Assembly (NCBI GenBank): GCA_965248925.1
Contig: CBDFLE010000005.1
Location: forward strand, 672,001 to 736,000
DNA length: 64,000 nt
Origin: Candidatus Multivoradales bacterium
GTDB lineage: Bacteria > Acidobacteriota > Thermoanaerobaculia > Multivoradales > J023
Direction of reading: 5' to 3'
Positions 10,087 through 20,000 of this stretch are shown here, one piece after another. The stretch's first letter is position 1. Each line of letters starts with the position of its first letter. Below the pieces are notes generated by a model. It worked only from the letters and a program-made list of their open reading frames with translations. It had not been told where the DNA came from and made no database searches. Position numbers and translations under genes: made by a program.

Positions 10087-11505
10087 ATGCGAAGACTCAC
10101 TTTCATTCTTGCCTTCTGCTGCGCCCTGGCCCAGGCCGGAGTGCTTCCCAGCCTGTCGCAGGTGGCCAAGTCGGAAGATTCCTCCGTGCTGCCAGAGGCC
10201 GACGCCGAGGTAGCGGCCGGTGCGGTGTTGATCGGCCGCATCGATGGCGATATCACCCTGTCCGAGAGTGCTTACGTCAAACGCCTGATCGATGCCGCCA
10301 AGGAGCGCGATTCGCGCGCCCTGGTGTTGGAGATCAACACCTTCGGCGGTCGGCTGGATGCGGCGGTGGCGATTCGTGACGCGCTACTCGAAGTCGACAT
10401 TCCAACGGTGGCTTTTATCAACAAGCGAGCCATCAGCGCTGGCGCCTTGATTTCATTGGCCTGCGAGATGATCGCCATCAGCCCGGGGGGCACAATCGGC
10501 GCGGCGATGCCGATCACCACCTCTCCCGGACAGCAGCTAGCGGCACCGGTGGAGGAGAAGTACATCTCGTACTTTCGCGAGGAGATGCGGGTCACCGCCG
10601 AAACCCGCGGACGTAATGGCGACATTGCCGAGGCGATGGTCGATGCCGACTACGAAATTCCGGAAATCAGCAAACAGGGCAAATTGCTTACCCTGACCAC
10701 CCGCACGGCGCTCGAACACGGCATCGCCGATATCGAAGCCAAGACCGTCGACGAGGTGCTTGCCGGGCTGGGAATCGACGGGCCGCAAGAAGAGCTGGTG
10801 CGCACCTGGTCGGAAGAGCTAGTGGCCTTCTTGACCAGCTCAGCAATCGTCGCCCTGCTGTCGGCGGGGATGTTCATGCTGGCCTACCTGGAATACCAAA
10901 CGCCGGGTTTCGGTGCCTTCGGCATTGGCGCCATCGGCTGTTTTGTCTTGCTCTACTTTGGTCACTACCTGGTCAATTTGGCAGGTTGGGAGGAGCTCCT
11001 GCTTTTCGCTATTGGAGTCCTCCTACTTGTGGTGGAGATGTTTGTCTTTCCTGGCTTCGGGCTTGCTGGTATCGCTGGCTTGTTGGCCTTGATCGGCAGC
11101 GTCACACTGCTATTGCTGGCCGGTGATTGGAGCGACGTCAGACTCAGCAACCCCTTCAGTCTCGATGCCTTGGTGCTCGTGCTGTGGGCAGCGGTGGCGG
11201 CCATCCTCGGCATGTTTGTCTTGATGCGCATGCTGCCGGACTCCGCGGACAGTGTGTTGGGCGGTAAACTGGTACTCGCTGGTGGTCTGAGGAGTGACGC
11301 TGGCTACCTTTCACACTCTTTGCCTGAGGCGGACAAACCGCTGGCCACCACGGGTATTGCCCTCACCCCGTTGCGCCCAAGCGGTAGAGGTCGCTTCGGT
11401 GACCGCCGGCTTCAGGTCGAGACCGAGGGAGAGTTCATCGACAGTGGTGATGCCATTCGCGTGCTGCGGCACGAACCCGGGAGAATCGTCGTCCGCCGCG
11501 CCTGA
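10087..11505 (+). CDS. nfeD: Long NfeD (ClpP-like protease + TM + OB-fold), YqeZ-like
   Basis: 'INTFGGRLDAA', 'AISAGALISLAC', TM region 'TPGFG', C-terminal 'TPLRPSGRG...VETEGEFI'. Confidence 0.9.
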   Translation: MRRLTFILAFCCALAQAGVLPSLSQVAKSEDSSVLPEADAEVAAGAVLIGRIDGDITLSESAYVKRLIDAAKERDSRALVLEINTFGGRLDAAVAIRDALLEVDIPTVAFINKRAISAGALISLACEMIAISPGGTIGAAMPITTSPGQQLAAPVEEKYISYFREEMRVTAETRGRNGDIAEAMVDADYEIPEISKQGKLLTLTTRTALEHGIADIEAKTVDEVLAGLGIDGPQEELVRTWSEELVAFLTSSAIVALLSAGMFMLAYLEYQTPGFGAFGIGAIGCFVLLYFGHYLVNLAGWEELLLFAIGVLLLVVEMFVFPGFGLAGIAGLLALIGSVTLLLLAGDWSDVRLSNPFSLDALVLVLWAAVAAILGMFVLMRMLPDSADSVLGGKLVLAGGLRSDAGYLSHSLPEADKPLATTGIALTPLRPSGRGRFGDRRLQVETEGEFIDSGDAIRVLRHEPGRIVVRRA

Positions 11506-11531
11506 GATGGACCGATCAGCGAAGGAGACCC

Positions 11532-12116
11532 ATGCCTGAAGGATTGCTGGCTGTTGTTCTGATGTTGTCGCTCGGCTACCTGCTGCTGGTTTTCGAACTC
11601 TTCGTTCCCGGCGGCGTGGTCGGATTTCTGGGGCTCGGCCTGGTGGCATTGTCCTGCTGGCGTGCCTTCGACCTGGGGGCGGGTTGGGGAGCGGCGGCGG
11701 TGGGCCTGAGTGTAGTGGCCACGGCTGGTGGCATTGTCCTGTTCAATCGTTCAAAAACTGGTCGTGAGCTAGTCCTCGACAATCGCGGCAGCCGGCAGTG
11801 GAGATCGTCGGCCGACGAACTTGACGGGTTGCTCGGTCAACAGGGCATCACCCTTTCCAGTTTGCGTCCGGCAGGTCTGGCCGACTTCGAGGGTCGCCGC
11901 CTCGATGTGGTCTCGGACAGTGAGTTCATCGACCATCAAACGCTGGTGCGAGTGGTCGAGGTAGAAGGCCGGCGGGTCATGGTCGAGCGGGTAGAATCGC
12001 CGAGTGATAGCGCCTCAGGCGATGCTGTTTCTACGGCAGGGCCGATCCGCGGGGATTCAGGCCAGTCGATAAGCGCTGAGCCGGCCGCCGATCTCTCTGC
12101 CGGAACCCCAGTTTGA
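11532..12116 (+). CDS. Short NfeD-like membrane protein
   Basis: 'ELFVPGG..G..G' TM helices and C-terminal 'LRPAG.A.FEGRRLDVVS..EFI' OB-fold motif. Confidence 0.85.
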   Translation: MPEGLLAVVLMLSLGYLLLVFELFVPGGVVGFLGLGLVALSCWRAFDLGAGWGAAAVGLSVVATAGGIVLFNRSKTGRELVLDNRGSRQWRSSADELDGLLGQQGITLSSLRPAGLADFEGRRLDVVSDSEFIDHQTLVRVVEVEGRRVMVERVESPSDSASGDAVSTAGPIRGDSGQSISAEPAADLSAGTPV

Positions 12117-12209
12117 GCGTGATAGCTTTCTCTTAGCAGCGGCTGCTCCTGGCGGATTCATTCGTCGGCGGGGGTCCTCGACTAATCAAATATTTGGAGT
12201 CCTACATCT

Positions 12210-13199
12210 ATGTCTTCTCTGCAAGCTCCCATTCTCGTCGCCCTACTGATCGGCTTCTTCTTTGTCTTTGTCTATCTGATTCCGGTCCGTCTGTGGCTGG
12301 CGGCAAGATTCAGCGGCGCCTCGGTGGGGCTGATGCGGCTGATCGGCATGCGCTTTCGGCGGATTCCACCGCGTGCGGTGGTGGAGCCGCGGATCAGCGC
12401 GGTCAGTGCCGGCATCGACCTGGCGATAGCCCCCCTTGAGTCGCACTACCTGGCCGAGGGCAACGTGTCGCGGGTGGTCAACGCCTTGATTTCGGCCGAC
12501 AAGGCTGGCATCCAGCTGACCTTTCAACGGGCGGCGGCGATCGATCTGGCGGGTCGCGACGTGCTCGAAGCGGTGAAAATGTCGGTCAATCCCAAGGTCA
12601 TCACCACGCCGATAGTGGCGGCGGTGGCGAAGGATGGTATTCAGGTCAAGGCGGTCAGCCGGGTGACCGTGCGAGCCAATATCGACCGCTTAGTCGGTGG
12701 TGCTGGCGAAGAGACTATTCTGGCGCGGGTAGGTGAGGGCATCGTCACCACCATCGGTTCGGCCAGGGATCACAAGCAGGTGCTAGAGAATCCCGACATG
12801 ATCTCCAGGACCGTGCTCGACAAGGGCCTCGACTCCGGCACCGCCTTTGAGATCCTGTCGATCGACATCGCCGACGTTGATGTGGGCGACAATATCGGCG
12901 CCAAGCTACAAACCGACCAAGCCGAGGCCGACAAGCGAGTGGCCCAAGCCCGCGCTGAGTCGCGCCGAGCGATGGCGGTTGCCGAAGAACAGGAAATGAT
13001 CGCTCGTTCCCAAGCAATGCGCGCCAAGCTGATCGAAGCCGAGTCCGAAGTGCCGATGGCGATGGCCGAGGCCTTCCGCGCCGGCCACTTGGGCATCATG
13101 GACTACTACCGGATGCGCAATGTGATGGCCGATACCGAGATGCGGGAGTCGATCTCCCGTGACAAGCCACCGACCGACGACGGTCTGGACGATCAGTAG
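12210..13199 (+). CDS. floA: Flotillin-like protein FloA (YqfA/UPF0365)
   Basis: '[46 protein letters not shown]', '[22 protein letters not shown]'. Confidence 0.95.
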   Translation: MSSLQAPILVALLIGFFFVFVYLIPVRLWLAARFSGASVGLMRLIGMRFRRIPPRAVVEPRISAVSAGIDLAIAPLESHYLAEGNVSRVVNALISADKAGIQLTFQRAAAIDLAGRDVLEAVKMSVNPKVITTPIVAAVAKDGIQVKAVSRVTVRANIDRLVGGAGEETILARVGEGIVTTIGSARDHKQVLENPDMISRTVLDKGLDSGTAFEILSIDIADVDVGDNIGAKLQTDQAEADKRVAQARAESRRAMAVAEEQEMIARSQAMRAKLIEAESEVPMAMAEAFRAGHLGIMDYYRMRNVMADTEMRESISRDKPPTDDGLDDQ

Positions 13200-13208
13200 G
13201 GGAATGGG

Positions 13209-13868
13209 GTGGACGGAGAAGCCATTGGCACGTTGCTGATTATCGCGTTCTGGGTTATTTCTGCCCTGACAAAGGCCATGAATAGAGGCAAGAAAAAGCA
13301 AGCTCAGCAAGCCCCAACCTCCACCCCGGCTCCGCCTCATCCCGCCAGGGCGCCCGCTCCAACGACGCGGCGCAGCGCCCCCAAGCAAACCTTGGGGCCC
13401 GATACCGTGGGTGATTTGCTGCGCGAGATGATCTCCGAGATCAAGGGCAAGCCGCAGTCAGAAGAGGCTGCAACGCCCCCCTGGCAAGAGCCGCAGGTAC
13501 TCTCCGAACACCAGCAGTCCGCTGGCGAGCATCGCCATACCGACAGCGAGACCAGCTGGAGCGCGTCAGAACATAGTTGGAGCTTTGAAGAGCACCGGCG
13601 CAGTGCTGGCGAGCATTCAAGTACCCTCTCCGAACTACGGGGCACCGCGAGTGAACATCGAGGCAGCGCAAGCGAGCATCGGCGTGGCGACGTTGTGGCC
13701 GCTAGGCGCGGGAGTGCCGAAGAAGCGACGAGAAGGCGCCCAGCCCATCGAGCTGGCTCAGTCCGGGCCGCCTTGGCGAGCCGAGGCTCCTTGGCCCGAG
13801 CCATGGTGCTGAAAGAGATCCTCGGCCCGCCGGTCAGCCTGCGCCGCAATCCCGCTGAGATGGAGTGA
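13209..13868 (+). CDS. YqfB-like membrane-anchored protein with internal heptad (S/G)EH repeats
   Basis: Follows floA; N-terminal TM; C-terminal 'LARAMVLKEILGPPVSLR' typical of the gene downstream of floA. Confidence 0.7.
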   Translation: MDGEAIGTLLIIAFWVISALTKAMNRGKKKQAQQAPTSTPAPPHPARAPAPTTRRSAPKQTLGPDTVGDLLREMISEIKGKPQSEEAATPPWQEPQVLSEHQQSAGEHRHTDSETSWSASEHSWSFEEHRRSAGEHSSTLSELRGTASEHRGSASEHRRGDVVAARRGSAEEATRRRPAHRAGSVRAALASRGSLARAMVLKEILGPPVSLRRNPAEME

Positions 13869-15058
13869 CCGGGGGCATGCAAATGCTCAAGATAGTGCCT
13901 CCCGGAGCAGGGGTCCGAAGGCGACGAACCGCCATCGGGTCACTATTGATTTTGCTCCTAGGAATGCTGTCTAGCTCTTGTCGAACCACCCGCCTGCCGC
14001 CAATCTCGGCCCTCGGTGCTGCATTTGAACCGCTAGCCGATGAACTCGACCTGTGGCAAGAAGCGCGGGCGGAAGAAGATCAGCTGCTGAGCAACTTGAC
14101 GCTTTACGACAATCGGCGCCTCAATGACTATCTGGCGGCAGTCGTCGAGCGACTCAATCCAGCGTCGATGGCGCACAGCGGCCAGCTGCAATATCGGGTC
14201 ACGGTAGTCGAAGATCCCACTCTGAACGCCTTCGCCTATCCCCATGGCAGCATTTATCTGCACACCGGTCTGCTGTCCCGGATCGAAAACGAAGACCAGC
14301 TGGCCACTGTCCTCGGCCACGAGATGACCCACGTCGAGAATCGCCACATGGTGCGGTATCAGCGGGGGGCACAGAACCGCGAGATCGGTTGGTCGCTGGC
14401 CGGTATCGCGGCGGCCATCTTGATCGCCGGAGAGACCGACGACAAATACCGCGCGGGCAACTGGGGCCGTGCCGCCGTGGTGGGGGTTCTGGCCGACGTA
14501 ATGCTCAGCCTCGGCTTGCACCTGGCGGTCAGAGCGTCGGTGCAGGGCTACGGTCGAGAACTGGAGCTAGAGGCCGACCAAGGCGGTTTTGCCAAGCTCG
14601 CCCAGGCGGGCTACGATCCAGGCGAAGCCGCAGTCGCGTATCGCTTACTGGCCAATGATCATGGAGATTCGCGAGCGGCCGAAGGTTTCTTCTTTGGCAG
14701 CCATCCCAAGCTTGCCCGCAGAATCGCCAATGCTGAAGCCTGGGCCGCCACCACCCAGCCGCCCCAGCCGGCCATCGCTACCAGCAGCGACGAGTTTGAA
14801 CAGCTGCTCTTGCCCCTGGTGCGCGACGATGCCGCACTCAACCTGGTCGCCGGCCGCTGGCAGCTAGCACGGGCTCAACTTCAGCGAGTGTTGCGCGGTC
14901 GGCCAGACGATCCTGGAGCCACCCAAATGCTCGGCTGCCTGGATCGAGCAACAGCCGATGCGACGACCAGCGAGCAGAGCCTCGATGAGTGCCTAGCGCA
15001 CGCCGACGCGTTGTCGCAGCCTTCCAGCGATGCGGCTGCCCAGCCCGATGGCCGCTGA
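13865..15058 (+). CDS. M48-family zinc metalloprotease (BepA/YfgC-like), probable lipoprotein
   Basis: 'NAFAYP.G.IY...GLL', 'LGHEMTH', 'ELEAD', 'SHP'; lipobox-like LSSSC. Confidence 0.88.
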   Translation: MTGGMQMLKIVPPGAGVRRRRTAIGSLLILLLGMLSSSCRTTRLPPISALGAAFEPLADELDLWQEARAEEDQLLSNLTLYDNRRLNDYLAAVVERLNPASMAHSGQLQYRVTVVEDPTLNAFAYPHGSIYLHTGLLSRIENEDQLATVLGHEMTHVENRHMVRYQRGAQNREIGWSLAGIAAAILIAGETDDKYRAGNWGRAAVVGVLADVMLSLGLHLAVRASVQGYGRELELEADQGGFAKLAQAGYDPGEAAVAYRLLANDHGDSRAAEGFFFGSHPKLARRIANAEAWAATTQPPQPAIATSSDEFEQLLLPLVRDDAALNLVAGRWQLARAQLQRVLRGRPDDPGATQMLGCLDRATADATTSEQSLDECLAHADALSQPSSDAAAQPDGR

Positions 15059-15635
15059 ACCCTTCACCCAGTTGCTCGCCTGGTACAGCGCGGCCCAGGC
15101 CGACGAGAGCATTCGCTATCCGCATGCAGCTTGCCTGGCCACCGTCGACAGCCAAGGCCATTCCGATGCCCGCATTTTGCTGGTGCATCAACTAAGCGCC
15201 GACGGGTTCTTGTTTTCCACCGACAGCCGTTCACCCAAGGCCGAGCAGCTCGCGGGTCAGCCCCGAGCCGCGCTCACCTTCTACTGGGAATCGCAAGAGC
15301 GGCAGGTGCGAATTCGCGGTTTGGTGCATCCCGGAAGCGAGCGAGAAGCGGAGGAGTGCTTCGCAGAACGCCCTCGGGGCAGCCGAGTGACCGCCTGGGC
15401 CTCAACGCAGAGCGCCGGTCTCGACAACCGCGAGGATCTCGTACGAGGCTATAAAGAAAGCGCTGCTCGCTTTGGCTCCACCGACCCCATCCCATCTCCC
15501 CCAACCTGGTCCGCCTATCGCTTGCAAGCCAGCAGCATCGAGTTCTGGCAAGCTTCCCGCCACCGATTGCATCGGCGTGAGCTGTACCAGTTGAATCGTG
15601 CCGGAAGCTGGAAATGCAGCCTTTTGCAACCGTGA
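15048..15635 (+). CDS. pdxH: Pyridoxine/pyridoxamine 5'-phosphate oxidase
   Basis: 'LATVD..G..DAR', 'S.KA.QL...P.AAL.FYW....RQVRIRG', 'IEFWQ...RLH.R'. Confidence 0.88.
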   Translation: MAAEPFTQLLAWYSAAQADESIRYPHAACLATVDSQGHSDARILLVHQLSADGFLFSTDSRSPKAEQLAGQPRAALTFYWESQERQVRIRGLVHPGSEREAEECFAERPRGSRVTAWASTQSAGLDNREDLVRGYKESAARFGSTDPIPSPPTWSAYRLQASSIEFWQASRHRLHRRELYQLNRAGSWKCSLLQP

Positions 15636-15669
15636 TTTGCCTGTTGGAATAGAGTTATCGAGTGATCAG

Positions 15670-15884
15670 CCGGCCAGCAATCGACAAACCCACGCCCCTT
15701 CCTTCACGTTTATCGGAAGAAAGACCGGCGCGCTATGCGCTTGGCCTTGGGCGAATTTCTCGCCGCATACCGTACGGCCGCGGAGAAACTTCGAAGTCGT
15801 GGAGCACCCCGAGGATTTCCCGAGAACTCCATCCCGCCAAGACCAGAATTCGTTGACACCACCACCCCTTCTGACTCTTCATAA
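15670..15884 (+). pseudogene. 3' remnant (~215 bp) of the RAYT/Y1 transposase
   Basis: Slightly diverged match to about 37857-38071, ending in the same ...CCCCTTCTGACTCTTCATAA; no upstream transposase sequence. Confidence 0.9.
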
Positions 15885-15885
15885 T

Positions 15886-15944
15886 GTGCCTGGCACCTAT
15901 TTCTGCAGCACCTATTTCTGCAGCGAATTGGCTGGCACCTATTC
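15886..15944 (+). repeat. RAYT-end hairpin GTGCC-T-GGCAC plus GCACCTATT repeats (copy 1)
   Basis: Hairpin 15886-15896; GCACCTATTTCTGCA x2 (15893, 15908); GAATTGGCTGGCACCTATTC at 15925-15944. Confidence 0.9.
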
Positions 15945-15951
15945 CGGCACA

Positions 15952-16374
15952 TCAAGTCTCTAGTTCACATGTGACTGTTTCCGCGAAACACTTGATTGAG
16001 AGCCCGTTTTCAAAGCGAAAGATCATGTGATACGTCGAATCTGATTCTCTCTGGGTAAGGCATCCGTCCATTACATCTAGGTCATCTGGATGAAGAAAAC
16101 CCAGGAAAGCCACTGTTTCCGCGTCAGCAGAAATTTCCGCATCTGTCAGTAAATCTGTCTTTAACAGTTTGACGCTTGTGAAGCGTATCGATATTTTCTG
16201 TGCAAGCGACACTTCAGGCGGATGTTGCTTAGATAGTACCCACAACAAGACTGTACTGTTCGTAGTTGCATCATACCAGTAGGTCTCGAAATCGTAGTCG
16301 TTGTGCAGGTCTAGCCAGATTGATCCCATGCTAATCGCGTAGTTGTCTCCGATCTCGAAGTTTGACATTTTCAT
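15952..16374 (-). CDS. Putative immunity protein for the orphan toxin tip
   Basis: 140-aa acidic ORF, visibly AT-richer than the flanks; its ATG overlaps the toxin-tip stop (TAATG). Confidence 0.75.
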   Translation of the reverse strand: MKMSNFEIGDNYAISMGSIWLDLHNDYDFETYWYDATTNSTVLLWVLSKQHPPEVSLAQKISIRFTSVKLLKTDLLTDAEISADAETVAFLGFLHPDDLDVMDGCLTQRESDSTYHMIFRFENGLSIKCFAETVTCELET

Positions 16375-16690
16375 TATTGCTCCCTTGATTTCAAGAGTCT
16401 GTCAACATTCCGCAAATCTGCACTCGTAGCTGGTCGTACCGGACCTACTTGGCTCCGGCTTCCAACTTGTCCCGCACGTGGTCCAGATGGGATAACGTTG
16501 TTTTGAAGAGTTGTTACATGGGGCGTATCAACTCCTCCGTGAGACCGGCCTCGGAGATCTATATTCACACGACCATTCGGGGTCTGAATTGAGACGCGGT
16601 TTCTTCCACCATTTCGAGTTACCAGATCTGAAGCCCGTTGCTCTATCGCTTGAGCTGTTCCTCCCTGGGAAAGGCTCTTCTTTGCCCGCT
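16374..16690 (-). pseudogene. Orphan polymorphic toxin C-terminal tip, Ntox24-like
   Basis: Frame extends upstream of the GTG: 'AIEQRASDLVTRNGGRNRVSIQTPNGRVNIDLRGRSHGGVDTPHV...VRPATSADLRNVDRLLKSREQ'. Resembles Ntox24 (DLxGxxHGG.xTPH) by recall; no Rhs core or DPxG upstream. Confidence 0.7.
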
Positions 16691-16706
16691 TGGCACCTAT
16701 TTCTGC
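16691..16706 (+). repeat. Isolated TGGCACCTATTTCTGC motif at the 5' truncation point of the orphan toxin
   Basis: Exact 16-nt copy of 15891-15906. Confidence 0.85.
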
Positions 16707-16742
16707 AACTATTCAGCGCCTATACTGGGTCGGGGCGGCAAC

Positions 16743-17096
16743 TCACGCTTTACGCTGATGAGGAAGTACGGTGGCCTTCCATGCCAGCCGAACCAAAGCG
16801 ACAATCACCGCCCAGCCTACAATGTTTGCTGAAAAGTAGAACACCATATGCAGCCAAAACCAGGTTCCCTCTGAATGAGCTACCCAATAGTAGGGCGTAA
16901 TACCGAAGATTTGCGGAAGATACTTCCCCGGAAGTCCCAAGAGCTGAAACTTGTGGAGCAGCGTCAAATAAGCGCCTTCAATGAGTGCGTCGTGGGTATA
17001 CGCCATCTCTATCAACGAGATTAGAAAGTGCTCTGCACAGCCAAGTATGATTCCCAGAGGCAGCACTCGCCGGAATTCGCAGATGAAGGAATTCAA
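16743..17096 (-). CDS. Putative membrane immunity protein for Rhs1
   Basis: Hydrophobic ~117-aa ORF whose TTG overlaps the Rhs1 stop; AT-richer; in the canonical immunity position. Confidence 0.55.
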   Translation of the reverse strand: MNSFICEFRRVLPLGIILGCAEHFLISLIEMAYTHDALIEGAYLTLLHKFQLLGLPGKYLPQIFGITPYYWVAHSEGTWFWLHMVFYFSANIVGWAVIVALVRLAWKATVLPHQRKA

Positions 17097-20000
17097 TGCT
17101 TTGTTCTCCTCGTGCAACAGGGTCTAGCCAAGAGGTCACGATGCAGATTCTCGTAGCGCAGAGCGTCGGAGTTGGTGTTTGTCCCCCGTCTTGGCATATT
17201 GAAAAGGAAGTAGGCACTGGCATGACCAAACTCATGCACGAGTGCGGTGCCTGGGCTAACGGGAAAGGAGCCAGGCACGCCTTTGAAACGCCCTCTCGTG
17301 AATTCTCCTTCTACAAACGTCTTAGCGACCTGCTTGGGGTTGATGCGAATCAGAATATCGCCACTCCGCGGAGTACCAACCGGTGTTGAGAACGTAACGG
17401 CGCCGCCAAACTCAGAAAGATTATCGGAAGTGATGTCGACAATGACACCAGTCTCCGTGCCTATTGCCGCCCCAATCAGCGCTGCTGTCGGGTTCGAGGA
17501 TTCCGTGAAGAGATCGAGATCTCCTCCAGCGTTGATCTGGTACTCACCGTCGACCCCTGTGGCGACCAGGCTGCTAGCCAAGTTGGCTACTCCCGCCTCT
17601 CGGAGAGCCGTACGGAGAGCCTCCAACTCGGCTTGTACTTCGTTGATGCTGTCACCAACTGCAAAGATGATATTCCCGGTGGGATCAACGAACTTCAGTG
17701 GATTTCCGGCAGCGTACGTGTACCGATTCCATCGCCTGGGGTCGTGGCGAGCTTTATCTATAAGTGGAAGAGCATCCGCGCTCAAGAACCGCCCCACGAC
17801 CGGACTACAATGCCGAGCATGCATGTAGTCGAGGTCTCCGTTGGCCCCCACCCCATTCTCATCCCGTTCATGGCCGGTAAATTTCAGCTGAAACTCATCC
17901 GAGCTAGCGCTGGTCGCCTCCTGCCCAAACGGGTAGTAGCTGTGCAGCGCCACCTGGCTACCGCTCTTGGTCACCTGCCGCGGAGATCCAAGATGATCGA
18001 GATGGAAGCTGTAGGTCTCCTCCACACCGTTCGCGTCGGGGTCAACTGAAGCTAGCATCTGCCCACCCCGATAGACGTAGTCCCGCTCCCACTCGAAGCT
18101 TTCGCCCCGCGGATGGGTGAAGACCCGCAGCACCTCATTGCCGAGCCCGCGCAGGGTCCAGGTCTCGCTGGCGGGGCTGCTGACGCAGCTGCTGCCGGCG
18201 GCGCTGAAGCAGCTGAAGGTGACGATGCGCTCGTCATCAGCGTTGTAGATGTACACGCTCGCCTGGTCGGTGTTGCTTTGCAGGTGCTTCATCATGTTGG
18301 CGGCGTCGTAGGTGTACTGGTAGATCTCCGAGCTACTGTAACGCACGCGGGTCAGGTTGCCGCCAGCGTCGTACACCGTGCCGCTGAGGCCGAGGCGGTT
18401 GGTGCTGCTGCTCGGGCTCATGGTCTGGCTGGCGCCGTGGGTGACCATCTGGGTAAGGTTGCCGAAGTTGTCATAGCTCGCGGTCTGTAGGCGGTCGTTG
18501 CTGCCGACTTTTACCTCGCCGCTGACCAGGCGCTGGAATCGGTCATAGCGATATTGCAAGGAGCCGATGCGGTGGATATTTCCGGCTCCGTCGTAGTCGA
18601 AGGTGCCGGTGTCCCAGCCGGCGTTGGTAGAGATGCGCTCGGGCCGGGCGAGGCCGGAGGGATCGACCTGGTAGGTTTCGGTGATGCCGCTCTGGTGGCT
18701 GATCTGGGTCAGCATGCCGCCGCTCTGATAGCTGAGGCTGGAGGCGAAGCCGGGGACCGCGGTGAGGAAGCCCTTGTCGTAGGCGAAGCTCACCTGCCGC
18801 GGCGGGCTGACCTGGTCGCAGCTGTCGTTGCTGTGCAGGCAGTCGGGATAGTCGAGGGTCGCGAGGTTGCCTTGCAGGTCATAGGAGAACCCACTCTGGA
18901 AGGCGTAGTGGCCGACGCCGAGCTGATAGCGGGTCTGGCGCTCGGACATCCGGCCGCCACGACCCGCGTAGACGAAGCTCTCGGAGATTCGGACATCGAG
19001 GAAGCCAGGATTGGCGTTCAGCGGATTCACCAGATCCACCCAATTGTGGCGGGTGGTCTGCACCAGCTTGCCGGCCCGCTTGTCGGCACCGACGTTCTTG
19101 CGGCCGTAGCGGAACTCCTTGAGCTTGCGCGGCGAGCCACCGTTGCTCTCGTCAACTCGGATCAGGCGTCCGGCTGGATCGTAGAAGTAGTCGAGGTCGA
19201 ACTCGGTGGAGCCGCCGATGCGTTTGCTCAAAACGCTGCCACGAGCATCATAGGAATAGGTCGTGGCGCCGTTGCCCACTGGGCCGACTTCGGGATGGGT
19301 CTCGGAGGTCAGGAAGCTGCGACCGTCATAGTTGAAGAAGCGTTGCTGGCCACAGGTCGATCCAGTCCGATTCTGGCAAACGTGGGTGAGCCGCGAGCCG
19401 GCGTCGTAGGCGTAGCGAGTCAGCAAGCCGCCCGCGTTGCAGCTGCCATTCCAGGCCGCCGATCTGCCTTCACAAACCTCGAACAATCGGCCCTGGCCAT
19501 CGGAGATCTCGGTGTTGTAGGTGTCTTCTTGCACTCCGGAGGCGAGCATCACTTTGAACCGCCGCGTCTTGGTGCGTTCGCCCTCGTAGCTGAGGAATGT
19601 GGCCGGCTGGCTTGGTGGGGTGATCCTGCCGGGGCGGCCGAAGTTGTCGTACTGCTCGTACTTGGTGACGCGGCTGTCGGAAGTGGCGTTGAGGGTCCAC
19701 ACCGATTCCGCGGTCTTCCAGGCCCGTGGGTTGAAGCTCATGTGGCGGTACCAGCGCACTCCGCCGGGCAACTGCACCTGCTCTTTGACCCTACGGCCGA
19801 GGCCGTCGAAAGTGTGCTGGCGGTAGGCCAGCAGGCCGGAGCCCGAGCAGGCGGCGGTGGTGACGCACTGCTCTTCGGTCAGCAGCGGCATCAGGTTGAA
19901 GTTGCTCTGGGTGGCCAGCCGGTAGGTGTAGCGGCGCACCGCCTCGCTCTCGGGAAACTCGTGGGTCAAGCGGCCCTGCCGGTCATAGAGGAAGTCGATC

